NCBI GenBank assembly: GCA_964057225.1
Contig: OZ059899.1
Span: 19,344,001 to 19,408,000 of the forward strand
Length of the DNA stretch: 64,000 nt
DNA from: Auanema rhodensis
Taxonomy: Eukaryota > Animalia > Nematoda
Direction: 5' to 3'
In this document: positions 39,201 through 53,600 of the stretch, piece after piece
Layout: each line of letters starts with the position of its first letter
Numbering within the stretch: position 1 is the stretch's first letter
Notes under the pieces: model-generated
Told to the model about the DNA's origin: nothing
Seen by the model: the letters and a program-made list of their open reading frames with translations, nothing else
Database searches by the model: none
Translations under genes and position numbers: made by a program

Positions 39201-42200
39201 ATGTCCACATTAGTCTAAAAACAGTTTTTTACTGATATTGGTGCATGGTAACCATGATTTTGAAATTTACGTGAACTTTAATTTATGCTAATTAAATGTA
39301 CACGTGGTGTGCACTCGGTATGTAACTAGCTTCACGTGAAAGATAAAGAGATGCGGTTAACAAAATTAGATTTCCTATGTCCATATTAGTCTAAAAACAA
39401 ATTTTTATTGATATTGGTTCATGGTAACCATGACTTTGAAATTTACGTGAACTTTAATTTATGCTAATTAAATGTACACGTGATGTGCACTTGGGTATGT
39501 AACTCGCTTCACGTGAAAGATAAAGAGATGCAGTTCTCAAAATTAGATTCCCCATGTCCATATTAGTCTTAAAACAAATTTTCATTGATATTGGTGCATG
39601 GTAACCATGACTTTGAAATTTACGTGAACTTTAATTTATGCTAATTAAATGTACACGTGATGTGCACTTGGTATGTAACTCGCTTCACGTGAAAGATAAA
39701 GAGATGCAGTTCTCAAAATTAGATTCCCCATGTCCATATTAGTCTAAAAACAAATTTTTATTGATATTGGTGCATGGTAACCATGACTTTGAAATTTACG
39801 TGAACTTTAATTTATGCTAATTAAATGTACACGTGATGTGCACTTGGTATGTAACTTGCTTCACGTGACAGATAAAGAGATGCGGTTTTCAAAATTAGAT
39901 TCCCCATGTCCATATTAGTCTTAAAACAAATTTTCATTGATATTGGTGCATGGTAACCATGACTTTGAAATTTACGTGAACTTTAATTTATGCTAATTAA
40001 ATGTACACGTGATGTGCACTTGGTATGTAACTCGCTTCACGTGAAAGATAAAGAGATGCAGTTCTCAAAATTAGATTCCCCATGTCCATATTAGTCTAAA
40101 AACAAATTTTTATTGATATTGGTGCATGGTAACCATGACTTTGAAATTTACGTGAACTTTAATTTATGCTAATTAAATGTACACGTGGTGTGCACTCGGT
40201 ATGTAACTCGCTTCACGTGAAAGATAAAGAGATGCGGTTTATAAAATTAGATTCCCCATGTCCATATTAGTCTAAAAACAAATTTTTATTGATATTGGTG
40301 CATGGTAACCATGACTTTGAAATTTACGTGAACTTTAATTTATGCTAATTAAATGTACACGTGATGTGCACTTGGTATGTAACTCGCTTCACGTGAAAGA
40401 TAAAGAGATGCAGTTCTCAAAATTAGATTCCCCATGTCCACATTAGTCTAAAAACAGTTTTTTACTGATATTGGTGCATGGTAACCATGATTTTGAAATT
40501 TACGTGAACTTTAATTTATGCTAATTAAATGTACACGTGGTGTGCACTCGGTATGTAACTAGCTTCACGTGAAAGATAAAGAGATGCGGTTAACAAAATT
40601 AGATTTCCTATGTCCATATTAGTCTAAAAACAAATTTTTATTGATATTGGTTCATGGTAACCATGACTTTGAAATTTACGTGAACTTTAATTTATGCTAA
40701 TTAAATGTACACGTGATGTGCACTTGGGTATGTAACTCGCTTCACGTGAAAGATAAAGAGATGCAGTTCTCAAAATTAGATTCCCCATGTCCATATTAGT
40801 CTTAAAACAAATTTTCATTGATATTGGTGCATGGTAACCATGACTTTGAAATTTACGTGAACTTTAATTTATGCTAATTAAATGTACACGTGATGTGCAC
40901 TTGGTATGTAACTCGCTTCACGTGAAAGATAAAGAGATGCAGTTCTCAAAATTAGATTCCCCATGTCCATATTAGTCTAAAAACAAATTTTTATTGATAT
41001 TGGTGCATGGTAACCATGACTTTGAAATTTACGTGAACTTTAATTTATGCTAATTAAATGTACACGTGATGTGCACTTGGTATGTAACTTGCTTCACGTG
41101 AAAGATAAAGAGATGCGGTTTTCAAAATTAGATTCCCCATGTCCATATTAGTCTTAAAACAAATTTTCATTGATATTGGTGCATGGTAACCATGACTTTG
41201 AAATTTACGTGAACTTTAATTTATGCTAATTAAATGTACACGTGATGTGCACTTGGTATGTAACTCGCTTCACGTGAAAGATAAAGAGATGCAGTTCTCA
41301 AAATTAGATTCCCCATGTCCATATTAGTCTAAAAACAAATTTTTATTGATATTGGTGCATGGTAACCATGACTTTGAAATTTACGTGAACTTTAATTTAT
41401 GCTAATTAAATGTACACGTGATGTGCACTTGGTATGTAACTCGCTTCACGTGAAAGATAAGGAGATGCGGTTTCCAAAAATAGATTCCCCATGTCCATAT
41501 TAGTCTAAAAACAAATTTTTATTGATATTGGTGCATGGTAACCATGACTTTGAAATTTACGTGAACTTTAATTTATGCTAATTAAATGTACACGTGGTGT
41601 GCACTCGGTATGTAACTCGCTTCACGTGAAAGATAAAGAGATGAGGTTTTCCAAATTAGATTCCCCATGTCCATATTAGTCTAAAAACAAATTTTTATCG
41701 ATATTGGTGCATGGTAACCATGACTTTGAAATTTACGTGAACTTTATTTTATGCTACATAAATGTACACGTGGTGTGCACTCGGTATGTATCTCGCTTCA
41801 CGTGAAAGATAAAGAGATGCGGTTTCCAAAATTAGATTCCCCATGTCCATATTAGTCTAAAAACAGTTTTTTACTGATATTGGTGCATGGTAACCATGAT
41901 TTTGAAATTTACGTGAACTTTAATTTATGCTAATTAAATGTACACATGGTGTGCACTCGGTATGTAACTCGCTTCACGTGAAAGATAAAGAGATGCGGTT
42001 TTCAAAATTAGATTCCCCATGTCCATATTAGTCTAAAAACAAATTTTTATCGATATTGGTGCATGGTAACCATGACTTTGAATTTTACGTGAACTTTAAT
42101 TTATGCTAATTAAACGTACACGTGGTGTGCACTCGGTATGTAACTCGCTTCACGTGAAAGATAAAGAGATGCGGTTTTCAAAAATAGATTCCCCATGTCC

Positions 42201-45200
42201 ATATTAGTCTAAAAACAAATTTTTATTGATATTGGTGCATGGTAACCATGACTTTGAAATTTACGTGAACTTTAATTTATGCTAATTAAATGTACACGTG
42301 GTGTGCACTCGGTATGTAACTCGCTTCACGTGAAAGATAAAGAGATGAGGTTTTCCAAATTAGATTCCCCATGTCCATATTAGTCTAAAAACAAATTTTT
42401 ATCGATATTGGTGCATGGTAACCATGACTTTGAAATTTACGTGAACTTTATTTTATGCTACATAAACGTACACGTGGTGTGCACTCGGTATGTATCTCGC
42501 TTCACGTGAAAGAAAAAGAGATGCGGTTTCCAAAATTAGATTCCCCATGTCCATATTAGTCTAAAAACAGTTTTTTACTGATATTGGTGCATGGTAACCA
42601 TGATTTTGAAATTTACGTGAACTTTAATTTATGCTAATTAAATGTACACATGGTGTGCACTCGGTATGTAACTCGCTTCACGTGAAAGATAAAGAGATGC
42701 GGTTTCCAAAATTAAATTCCCCATGTCCATATTAGTCTAAAAACAAATTTTTATTGATATTGGTGCATGGTAACCATGACTTTGAATTTTACGTGAACTT
42801 TAATTTATGCTAATTAAACGTACACGTGGTGTGCACTCGGTATGTAACTCGCTTCACGTGAAAGATAAACAGATGCGGTTTTCAAAAATAGATTCCCCAT
42901 GTCGATATTAGTCTAAAAACAAATTTTTATTGATATTGGTGCATGGTAACCATGACTTTGAATTTTACGTGAACTTTAATTTATGCTAATTAAATGTACA
43001 CGTGATGTGCACTTGGTATGTAACTTGCTTCACGTGAAAGATAAAGAGATGCGGTTTTCAAAATTAGATTCCCCATGTCCATATTAGTCTTGAAACAAAT
43101 TTTTATTGATATTGGTGCATGGTAACCATGACTTTGAAATTTACGTGAACTTTAATTTATGCTAATTAAACGTACACGTGGTGTGCACTCGGTATGTAAC
43201 TCGCTTCACGTGAAAGATAAACAGATGCGGTTTTCAAAAATAGATTCCCCATGTCGATATTAGTCTAAAAACAAATTTTTATTGATATTGGTGCATGGTA
43301 ACCATGACTTTGAATTTTACGTGAACTTTAATTTATGCTAATTAAATGTACACGTGATGTGCACTTGGTATGTAACTTGCTTCACGTGAAAGATAAAGAG
43401 ATGCGGTTTTCAAAATTAGATTCCCCATGTCCATATTAGTCTTGAAACAAATTTTTATTGATATTGGTGCATGGTAACCATGACTTTGAAATTTACGTGA
43501 ACTTTAATTTATGCTAATTAAATGTACACGTGATGTGCACTTGGTATGTAACTCGCTTCACGTGAAAGATAAGGAGATGCGGTTTTCAAAAATAGATTCC
43601 CCATGTCCATATTAGTCTGAAAACAATTTTTTACTGATATTGGTACATGGTAACCATGACTTTGAAATTTACGTGAACTTTAATTTATGCTAATTAAATG
43701 TACAAGTGATGTGCACTTGGTATGTAACTCGCTTCACGTGTAAGATAAGGAGATGCGGTTTTCACAATTAGATTCCCCATGTCCATATTAGTCTAAAAAC
43801 AAATTTTTATTGATATTGGTGCATGGTAACCATGACTTTGAAATTTACGTGAACTTCAATTTATGCTAATTAAATGTACACGCGGTGTGCACTTGGTATG
43901 TAACTCGCTTCACGTGAAAGATAAAGAGATGCGGTTTTAAAAATTAGATTCCCCATGTCCATATTAGTCTAAAAACAGTTTTTTACTGATATTGGTGCAT
44001 GGTAACCATGATTTTGAAATTTACGTGAACTTTAATTTATGCTAATTAAATGTACACGTGGTGTGCACTCGGTATGTAACTCGCTTCACGTGAAAGATAA
44101 AGAGATGCGGTTTTTAAAATTAGATTCCCCATGTCCATATTAGTCTGAAAACAATTTTTTACTGATATTGGTGCATGGTAACCATGACTTTGAAATTTAC
44201 GTGAACTTTAGATTATGCTAATTAAATGTACAAGTGATGTGCACTTGGTATGTAACTCGCTTCACGTGTAAGATAAGGAGATGCGGTTTTCACAATTAGA
44301 TTCCCCATGTCCATATTAGTCTAAAAACAAATTTTTATTGATATTGGTGCATGGTAACCATGACTTTGAAATTTACGTGAACTTCAATTTATGCTAATTA
44401 AATGTACACGCGGTGTGCACTTGGTATGTAACTCGCTTCACGTGAAAGATAAAGAGATGCGGTTTTAAAAATTAGATTCCCCATGTCCATATTAGTCTAA
44501 AAACAGTTTATTACTGATATTGGTGCATGGTAACCATGATTTTGAAATTTACGTGAACTTTAATTTATGCTAATTAAATGTACACGTGGTGTGCACTCGG
44601 TATGTAACTCGCTTCACGTGAAAGATAAACAGATGCGGTTTTCAAAAATAGATTCCCCATGTCGATATTAGTCTAAAAACAAATTTTTATTGATATTGGT
44701 GCATGGTAACCATGACTTTGAATTTTACGTGAACTTTAATTTATGCTAATTAAATGTACACGTGGTGTGCACTCGGTATGTAACTCGCTTCACGTGAAAG
44801 ATAAACAGATGCGGTTTTCAAAAATAGATTCCCCATGTCGATATTAGTCTAAAAACAAATTTTTATTGATATTGGTGCATGGTAACCATGACTTTGAATT
44901 TTACGTGAACTTTAATTTATGCTAATTAAATGTACACGTGGTGTGCACTCGGTATGTAACTCGCTTCACGTGAAAGATAAAGAAATGCGGTTTTTAAAAT
45001 TAGATTCCCCATGTCCATATTAGTCTAAAAACAAATTTTTATTGATATTGGTGCATGGTAACCATGACTTTGAAATTTACGTGAACTTTAATTTATGCTA
45101 ATTAAATGTACACGTGGTGTGCACTCGGTATGTAACTTGCTTCACGTGAAAGATAAAGAGATGCGGTTTTCAAAATTAGATTCCCCATGTCCATATTAGT

Positions 45201-48200
45201 CTTAAAACAAATTTTCATTGATATTGGTGCATGGTAACCATGACTTTGAAATTTACGTGAACTTTAATTTATGCTAATTAAATGTACACGTGATGTGCAC
45301 TTGGTATGTAACTCGCTTCACGTGAAAGATAAAGAGATGCAGTTCTCAAAATTAGATTCCCCATGTCCATATTAGTCTAAAAACAAATTTTTATTGATAT
45401 TGGTGCATGGTAACCATGACTTTGAAATTTACGTGAACTTTAATTTATGCTAATTAAATGTACACGTGGTGTGCACTCGGTATGTAACTCGCTTCACGTG
45501 AAAGATAAAGAGATGCGGTTTTTAAAATTAGATTCCCCATGTCCATATTAGTCTAAAAACAAATTTTTATTGATATTGGTGCATGGTAACCATGACTTTG
45601 AAATTTACGTGAACTTTAATTTATGCTAATTAAATGTACACGTGATGTGCACTTGGTATGTAACTTGCTTCACGTGAAAGATAAAGAGATGCGGTTTTCA
45701 AAAATAGATTCCCCATGTCCATATTAGTCTAAAAACAAATTTTTATTGATATTGGTGCATGGTAACCATGACTTTGAATTTTACGTGAACTTTAATTTAT
45801 GCTAATTAAATGTACACGTGATGTGCACTTGGTATGTAACTTGCTTCACGTGAAAGATAAAGAGATGCGGTTTTCAAAATTAGATTCCCCATGTCCATAT
45901 TAGTCTTAAAACAAATTTTTATTGATATTGGTGCATGGTAACCATGACTTTGAAATTTACGTGAACTTTAATTTATGCTAATTAAATGTACACGTGGTGT
46001 GCACTCGGTATGTAACTCGCTTCACGTGAAAGATAAAGAAATGCGGTTTTTAAAATTAGATTCCCCATGTCCATATTAGTCTAAAAACAAATTTTTATTG
46101 ATATTGGTGCATGGTAACCATGACTTTGAATTTTACGTGAACTTTAATTTATGCTAATTAAACGTACACGTGGTGTGCACTCGGTATGTAACTCGCTTCA
46201 CGTGAAAGATAAACAGATGCGGTTTTCAAAAATAGATTCCCCATGTCGATATTAGTCTAAAAACAAATTTTTATTGATATTGGTGCATGGTAACCATGAC
46301 TTTGAATTTTACGTGAACTTTAATTTATGCTAATTAAATGTACACGTGGTGTGCACTCGGTATGTAACTCGCTTCACGTGAAAGATAAAGAAATGCGGTT
46401 TTTAAAATTAGATTCCCCATGTCCATATTAGTCTAAAAACAAATTTTTATTGATATTGGTGCATGGTAACCATGACTTTGAAATTTACGTGAACTTTAAT
46501 TTATGCTAATTAAATGTACACGTGGTGTGCACTCGGTATGTAACTTGCTTCACGTGAAAGATAAAGAGATGCGGTTTTCAAAATTAGATTCCCCATGTCC
46601 ATATTAGTCTTAAAACAAATTTTCATTGATATTGGTGCATGGTAACCATGACTTTGAAATTTACGTGAACTTTAATTTATGCTAATTAAATGTACACGTG
46701 ATGTGCACTTGGTATGTAACTCGCTTCACGTGAAAGATAAAGAGATGCAGTTCTCAAAATTAGATTCCCCATGTCCATATTAGTCTAAAAACAAATTTTT
46801 ATTGATATTGGTGCATGGTAACCATGACTTTGAAATTTACGTGAACTTTAATTTATGCTAATTAAATGTACACGTGGTGTGCACTCGGTATGTAACTCGC
46901 TTCACGTGAAAGATAAAGAGATGCGGTTTTTAAAATTAGATTCCCCATGTCCATATTAGTCTAAAAACAAATTTTTATTGATATTGGTGCATGGTAACCA
47001 TGACTTTGAAATTTACGTGAACTTTAATTTATGCTAATTAAATGTACACGTGATGTGCACTTGGTATGTAACTTGCTTCACGTGAAAGATAAAGAGATGC
47101 GGTTTTCAAAATTAGATTCCCCATGTCCATATTAGTCTTAAAACAAATTTTCATTGATATTGGTGCATGGTAACCATGACTTTGAAATTTACGTGAACTT
47201 TAATTTATGCTAATTAAATGTACACGTGATGTGCACTTGGTATGTAACTCGCTTCACGTGAAAGATAAGGAGATGCGGTTTTCAAAAATAGATTCCCCAT
47301 GTCCATATTAGTCTAAAAACAAATTTTTATTGATATTGGTGCATGGTAACCATGACTTTGAATTTTACGTGAACTTTAATTTATGCTAATTAAACGTACA
47401 CGTGGTGTGCACTCGGTATGTAACTCGCTTCACGTGAAAGATAAAGAGATGCGGTATTCAAAATTAGATTCCCCATGTCCATATTAGTCTAAAAACAAAT
47501 TTTTATTGATATTGGTGCATGGTAACCATGACTTTGAATTTTACGTGAACTTTAATTTATGCTAATTAAATGTACACGTGATGTGCACTTGGTATGTAAC
47601 TTGCTTCACGTGAAAGATAAAGAGATGCGGTTTTCAAAATTAGATTCCCCATGTCCATATTAGTCTTAAAACAAATTTTTATTGATATTGGTGCATGGTA
47701 ACCATGACTTTGAAATTTACGTGAACTTTAATTTATGCTAATTAAATGTACACGTGGTGTGCACTCGGTATGTAACTCGCTTCACGTGAAAGATAAAGAA
47801 ATGCGGTTTTTAAAATTAGATTCCCCATGTCCATATTAGTCTAAAAACAAATTTTTATTGATATTGGTGCATGGTAACCATGACTTTGAATTTTACGTGA
47901 ACTTTAATTTATGCTAATTAAATGTACACGTGGTGTGCACTCGGTATGTAACTCGCTTCACGTGAAAGATAAAGAAATGCGGTTTTTAAAATTAGATTCC
48001 CCATGTCCATATTAGTCTAAAAACAAATTTTTATTGATATTGGTGCATGGTAACCATGACTTTGAAATTTACGTGAACTTTAATTTATGCTAATTAAATG
48101 TACACGTGGTGTGCACTCGGTATGTAACTCGCTTCACGTGAAAGATAAAGAAATGCGGTTTTTAAAATTAGATTCCCCATGTCCATATTAGTCTAAAAAC

Positions 48201-50659
48201 AAATTTTTATTGATATTGGTGCATGGTAACCATGACTTTGAAATTTACGTGAACTTTAATTTATGCTAATTAAACGTACACGTGGTGTGCACTCGGTATG
48301 TAACTCGCTTCACGTGAAAGATAAACAGATGCGGTTTTCAAAAATAGATTCCCCATGTCGATATTAGTCTAAAAACAAATTTTTATTGATATTGGTGCAT
48401 GGTAACCATGACTTTGAATTTTACGTGAACTTTAATTTATGCTAATTAAATGTACACGTGATGTGCACTTGGTATGTAACTTGCTTCACGTGAAAGATAA
48501 AGAGATGCGGTTTTCAAAATTAGATTCCCCATGTCCATATTAGTCTTAAAACAAATTTTTATTGATATTGGTGCATGGTAACCATGACTTTGAAATTTAC
48601 GTGAACTTTAATTTATGCTAATTAAACGTACACGTGGTGTGCACTCGGTATGTAACTCGCTTCACGTGAAAGATAAAGAAATGCGGTTTTTAAAATTAGA
48701 TTCCCCATGTCCATATTAGTCTAAAAACAAATTTTTATTGATATTGGTGCATGGTAACCATGACTTTGAATTTTACGTGAACTTTAATTTATGCTAATTA
48801 AACGTACACGTGGTGTGCACTCGGTATGTAACTCGCTTCACGTGAAAGATAAACAGATGCGGTTTTCAAAAATAGATTCCCCATGTCGATATTAGTCTAA
48901 AAACAAATTTTTATTGATATTGGTGCATGGTAACCATGACTTTGAATTTTACGTGAACTTTAATTTATGCTAATTAAATGTACACGTGATGTGCACTTGG
49001 TATGTAACTTGCTTCACGTGAAAGATAAAGAGATGCGGTTTTCAAAATTAGATTCCCCATGTCCATATTAGTCTTAAAACAAATTTTTATTGATATTGGT
49101 GCATGGTAACCATGACTTTGAAATTTACGTGAACTTTAATTTATGCTAATTAAATGTACACGTGGTGTGCACTCGGTATGTAACTCGCTTCACGTGAAAG
49201 ATAAAGAGATGCGGTTTTCAAAATTAGATTCCCCATGTCCATATTAGTCTTAAAACAAATTTTTATTGATATTGGTGCATGGTAACCATGACTTTGAAAT
49301 TTACGTGAACTTTAATTTATGCTAATTAAATGTACACGTGGTGTGCACTCGGTATGTAACTCGCTTCACGTGAAAGATAAAGAGATGCGGTTTTTAAAAT
49401 TAGATTCCCCATGTCCATATTAGTCTGAAAACAATTTTTTACTGATATTGGTGCATGGTAACCATGACTTTGAAATTTACGTGAACTTTAATTTATGCTA
49501 ATTAAATGTACAAGTGATGTGCACTTGGTATGTAACTCGCTTCACGTGAAAGATAAGGAGATGCGGTTTTCACAATTAGATTCCCCATGTCCATATTAGT
49601 CTAAAAACAAATTTTTATTGAAATTGGTGCATGGTAACCATGACTTTGAAATTTACGTGAACTTCAATTTATGCTAATTAAATGTACACGCGGTGTGCAC
49701 TTGGTATGTAACTCGCTTCACGTGAAAGAAAAAGAGATGCGGTTTTAAAAATTAGATTCCCCATGTCCATATTAGTCTAAAAACAGTTTTTTACTGATAT
49801 TGGTGCATGGTAACCATGATTTTGAAATTTACGTGAATTTTAATTTATGCTAATTAAATGTACAAGTGATGTGCACTCGGTATGTAACTCGCTTCACGTG
49901 AAAGATAAAGAGATGCGGTTAACAAAATTAGATTTCCTATGTCCATATTAGTCTAAAAACAAATTTTTATTGATATTGGTTCATGGTAACCATGACTTTG
50001 AAATTTACGTGAACTTTAATTTATGCTAATTAAATATACACGTGGTGTGCACTCGGTATGTAACTCGCTTCACGTGAAAGATAAAAAGATGCGGTTTTCA
50101 AAATTTGATTCCTCATGTCCATATTAGTCTAAAAACAAATTTTTATTGATATTGGTGCATGGTAACCATGACTTTGAAATTTACGTGAACTTTAATTTAT
50201 GCTAATTAAATGTACACGTGATGTGCACTTGGTATGTAACTCGCTTCACGTGAAAGATAAAGAGATGCAGTTCTCAAAATTAGATTCCCCATGTCCATAT
50301 TAGTCTAGAAACAAATTTTTATTGATATTGGTGCATGGTAACCATGACTTTGAAATTTACGTGAACTTTAATTTATGCTAATTAAATGTACACGTGATGT
50401 GCACTTGGTATGTAACTCGCTTCACGTGAAAGATAAAGAGATGCGGTTTTCAAAATTAGATTCCCCATGTCCATATTAGTCTAAAAACAAATTTTTATTG
50501 ATATTGGTGCATGGTAACCATGACTTTGAATTTTACGTGAACTTTAATTTATGCTAATTAAACGTACACGTGGTGTGCACTCGGTATGTAACTCGCTTCA
50601 CGTGAAAGATAAAGAGATGCGGTTTTTAAAATTAGATTCCCCATGTCCATATTAGTCTG

Positions 50660-53600
50660 AAAACAATTTTTTACTGATATTGGTGCATGGTAACCATGAC
50701 TTTGAAATTTACGTGAACTTTAATTTATGCTAATTAAATGTACAAGTGATGTGCACTTGGTATGTAACTCGCTTCACGTGAAAGATAAGGAGATGCGGTT
50801 TTCACAATTAGATTCCCCATGTCCATATTAGTCTAAAAACAAATTTTTATTGATATTGGTGCATGGTAACCATGACTTTGAAATTTACGTGAACTACAAT
50901 TTATGCTAATTAAATGTACACGCGGTGTGCACTTGGTATGTAACTCGCTTCACGTGAAAGATAAAGAGATGCGGTTTTAAAAATTAGATTCCCCATGTCC
51001 ATATTAGTCTAAAAACAGTTTTTTACTGATATTGGTGCATGGTAACCATGATTTTGAAATTTACGTGAACTTTAATTTATGCTAATTAAATGTACACGTG
51101 GTGTGCACTCGGTATGTAACTCGCTTCACGTGAAAGATAAAGAGATGCGGTTAACAAAATTAGATTTCCTATGTCCATATTAGTCTAAAAACAAATTTTT
51201 ATTGATATTGGTTCATGGTAACCATGACTTTGAAATTTACGTGAACTTTAATTTATGCTTATTAAATGTACACGTGGTGTGCACTCGGTATGTAACTCGC
51301 TTCACGTGAAAGATAAAAAGATGCGGTTTTCAAAATTTGATTCCTCATGTCCATATTAGTCTAAAAACAAATTTTTATTGATATTGGTGCATGGTAACCA
51401 TGACTTTGAAATTTACGTGAACTTTAATTTATGCTAATTAAATGTACACGTGATGTGCACTTGGTATGTAACTCGCTTCACGTGAAAGATAAAGAGATGC
51501 AGTTCTCAAAATTAGATTCCCCATGTCCATATTAGTCTAGAAACAAATTTTTATTGATATTGGTGCATGGTAACCATGACTTTGAAATTTACGTGAACTT
51601 TAATTTATGCTAATTAAATGTACACGTGATGTGCACTTGGTATGTAACTTGCTTCACGTGAAAGATAAAGAGATGCGGTTTTCAAAATTAGATTCTTCAT
51701 GTCCATATTAGTCTTAAAACAAATTTTCATTGATATTGGTGCATGGTAACCATGACTTTGAAATTTACGTGAACTTTAATTTATGCTAATTAAATGTACA
51801 CGTGATGTGCACTTGGTATGTAACTCGCTTCACGTGAAAGATAAAGAGATGCAGTTCTCAAAATTAGATTCCCCATGTCCATATTAGTCTAAAAACAAAT
51901 TTTTATTGATATTGGTGCATGGTAACCATGACTTTGAAATTTACGTGAACTTTATTTTATGCTACATAAATGTACACGTGGTGTGCACTCGGTATGTATT
52001 TCGCTTCACGTGAAAGATAAAGAGATGCGGTTTCCAAAATTAGATTCCCCATGTCCATATTAGTCTAAAAACAGTTTTTTACTGATATTGGTGCATGGTA
52101 ACCACGATTTTGAAATTTACGTGAACTTTATTTTATGCTACATAAATGTACACGTGGTGTGCACTCGGTATGTATCTCGCTTCACGTGAAAGATAAAGAG
52201 ATGCGGTTTCCAAAATTAGATTCCCCATGTCCATATTAGTCTAAAAACAAATTTTTATCGATATTGGTGCATGGTAACCATGACTTTGAAATTTACGTGA
52301 ACTTTATTTTATGCTACATAAATGTACACGTGGTGTGCACTCGGTATGTATCTCGCTTCACGTGAAAGATAAAGAGATGCGGTTTCCACAATTAGATTCC
52401 CCATGTCCATATTAGTCTAAAAACAGTTTTTTACTGATATTGGTGCATGGTAACCATGATTTTGAAATTTACGTGAACTTTAATTTATGCTAATTAAATG
52501 TACACATGGTGTGCACTCGGTATGTAACTCGCTTCACGTGAAAGATAAAGAGATGCAGTTCTCAAAATTAGATTCCCCATGTCCATATTAGTCTAAAAAC
52601 AAATTTTTATTGATATTGGTGCATGGTAACCATGACTTTGAAATTTACGTGAACTTTATTTTATGCTACATAAATGTACACGTGGTGTGCACTCGGTATG
52701 TATCTCGCTTCACGTGAAAGATAAAGAGATGCGGTTTCCAAAATTAGATTCCCCATGTCCATATTAGTCTAAAAACAGTTTTTTATTGATATTGGTGCAT
52801 GGTAACCATGACTTTGAAATTTACGTGAACTTTAATTTATGCTAATTAAATGTACACGTGATGTGCACTTGGTATGTAACTCGCTTCACGTGAAAGATAA
52901 AGAGATGCAGTTCTCAAAATTAGATTCCCCATGTCCATATTAGTCTAAAAACAAATTTTTATTGATATTGGTGCATGGTAACCATGACTTTGAAATTTAC
53001 GTGAACTTTAATTTATGCTAATTAAATGTACACGTGGTGTGCATTCGGTATGTATCTCGCTTCACGTGAAAGATAAAGAGATGCGGTTTCCAAAATTAGA
53101 TTCCCCATGTCCATATTAGTCTAAAAACAGTTTTTTACTGATATTGGTGCATGGTAACCATGATTTTGAAATTTACGTGAACTTTATTTTATGCTACATA
53201 AATGTACACGTGGTGTGCACTCGGTATGTATCTCGCTTCACGTGAAAGATAAAGAGATGCGGTTTCCAAAATTAGATTCCCCATGTCCATATTAGTCTAA
53301 AAACAATTTTTTACTGATATTGGTGCATGGTAACCATGACTTTGAAATTTACGTGAACTTTAATTTATGCTAATTAAATGTACAAGTGATGTGCACTTGG
53401 TATGTAACTCGCTTCACGTGAAAGATAAGGAGATGCGGTTTTCACAATTAGATTCCCCATGTCCATATTAGTCTAAAAACAAATTTTTATTGATATTGGT
53501 GCATGGTAACCATGACTTTGAAATTTACGTGAACTTCAATTTATGCTAATTAAATGTACACGCGGTGTGCACTTGGTATGTAACTCACTTCACGTGAAAG

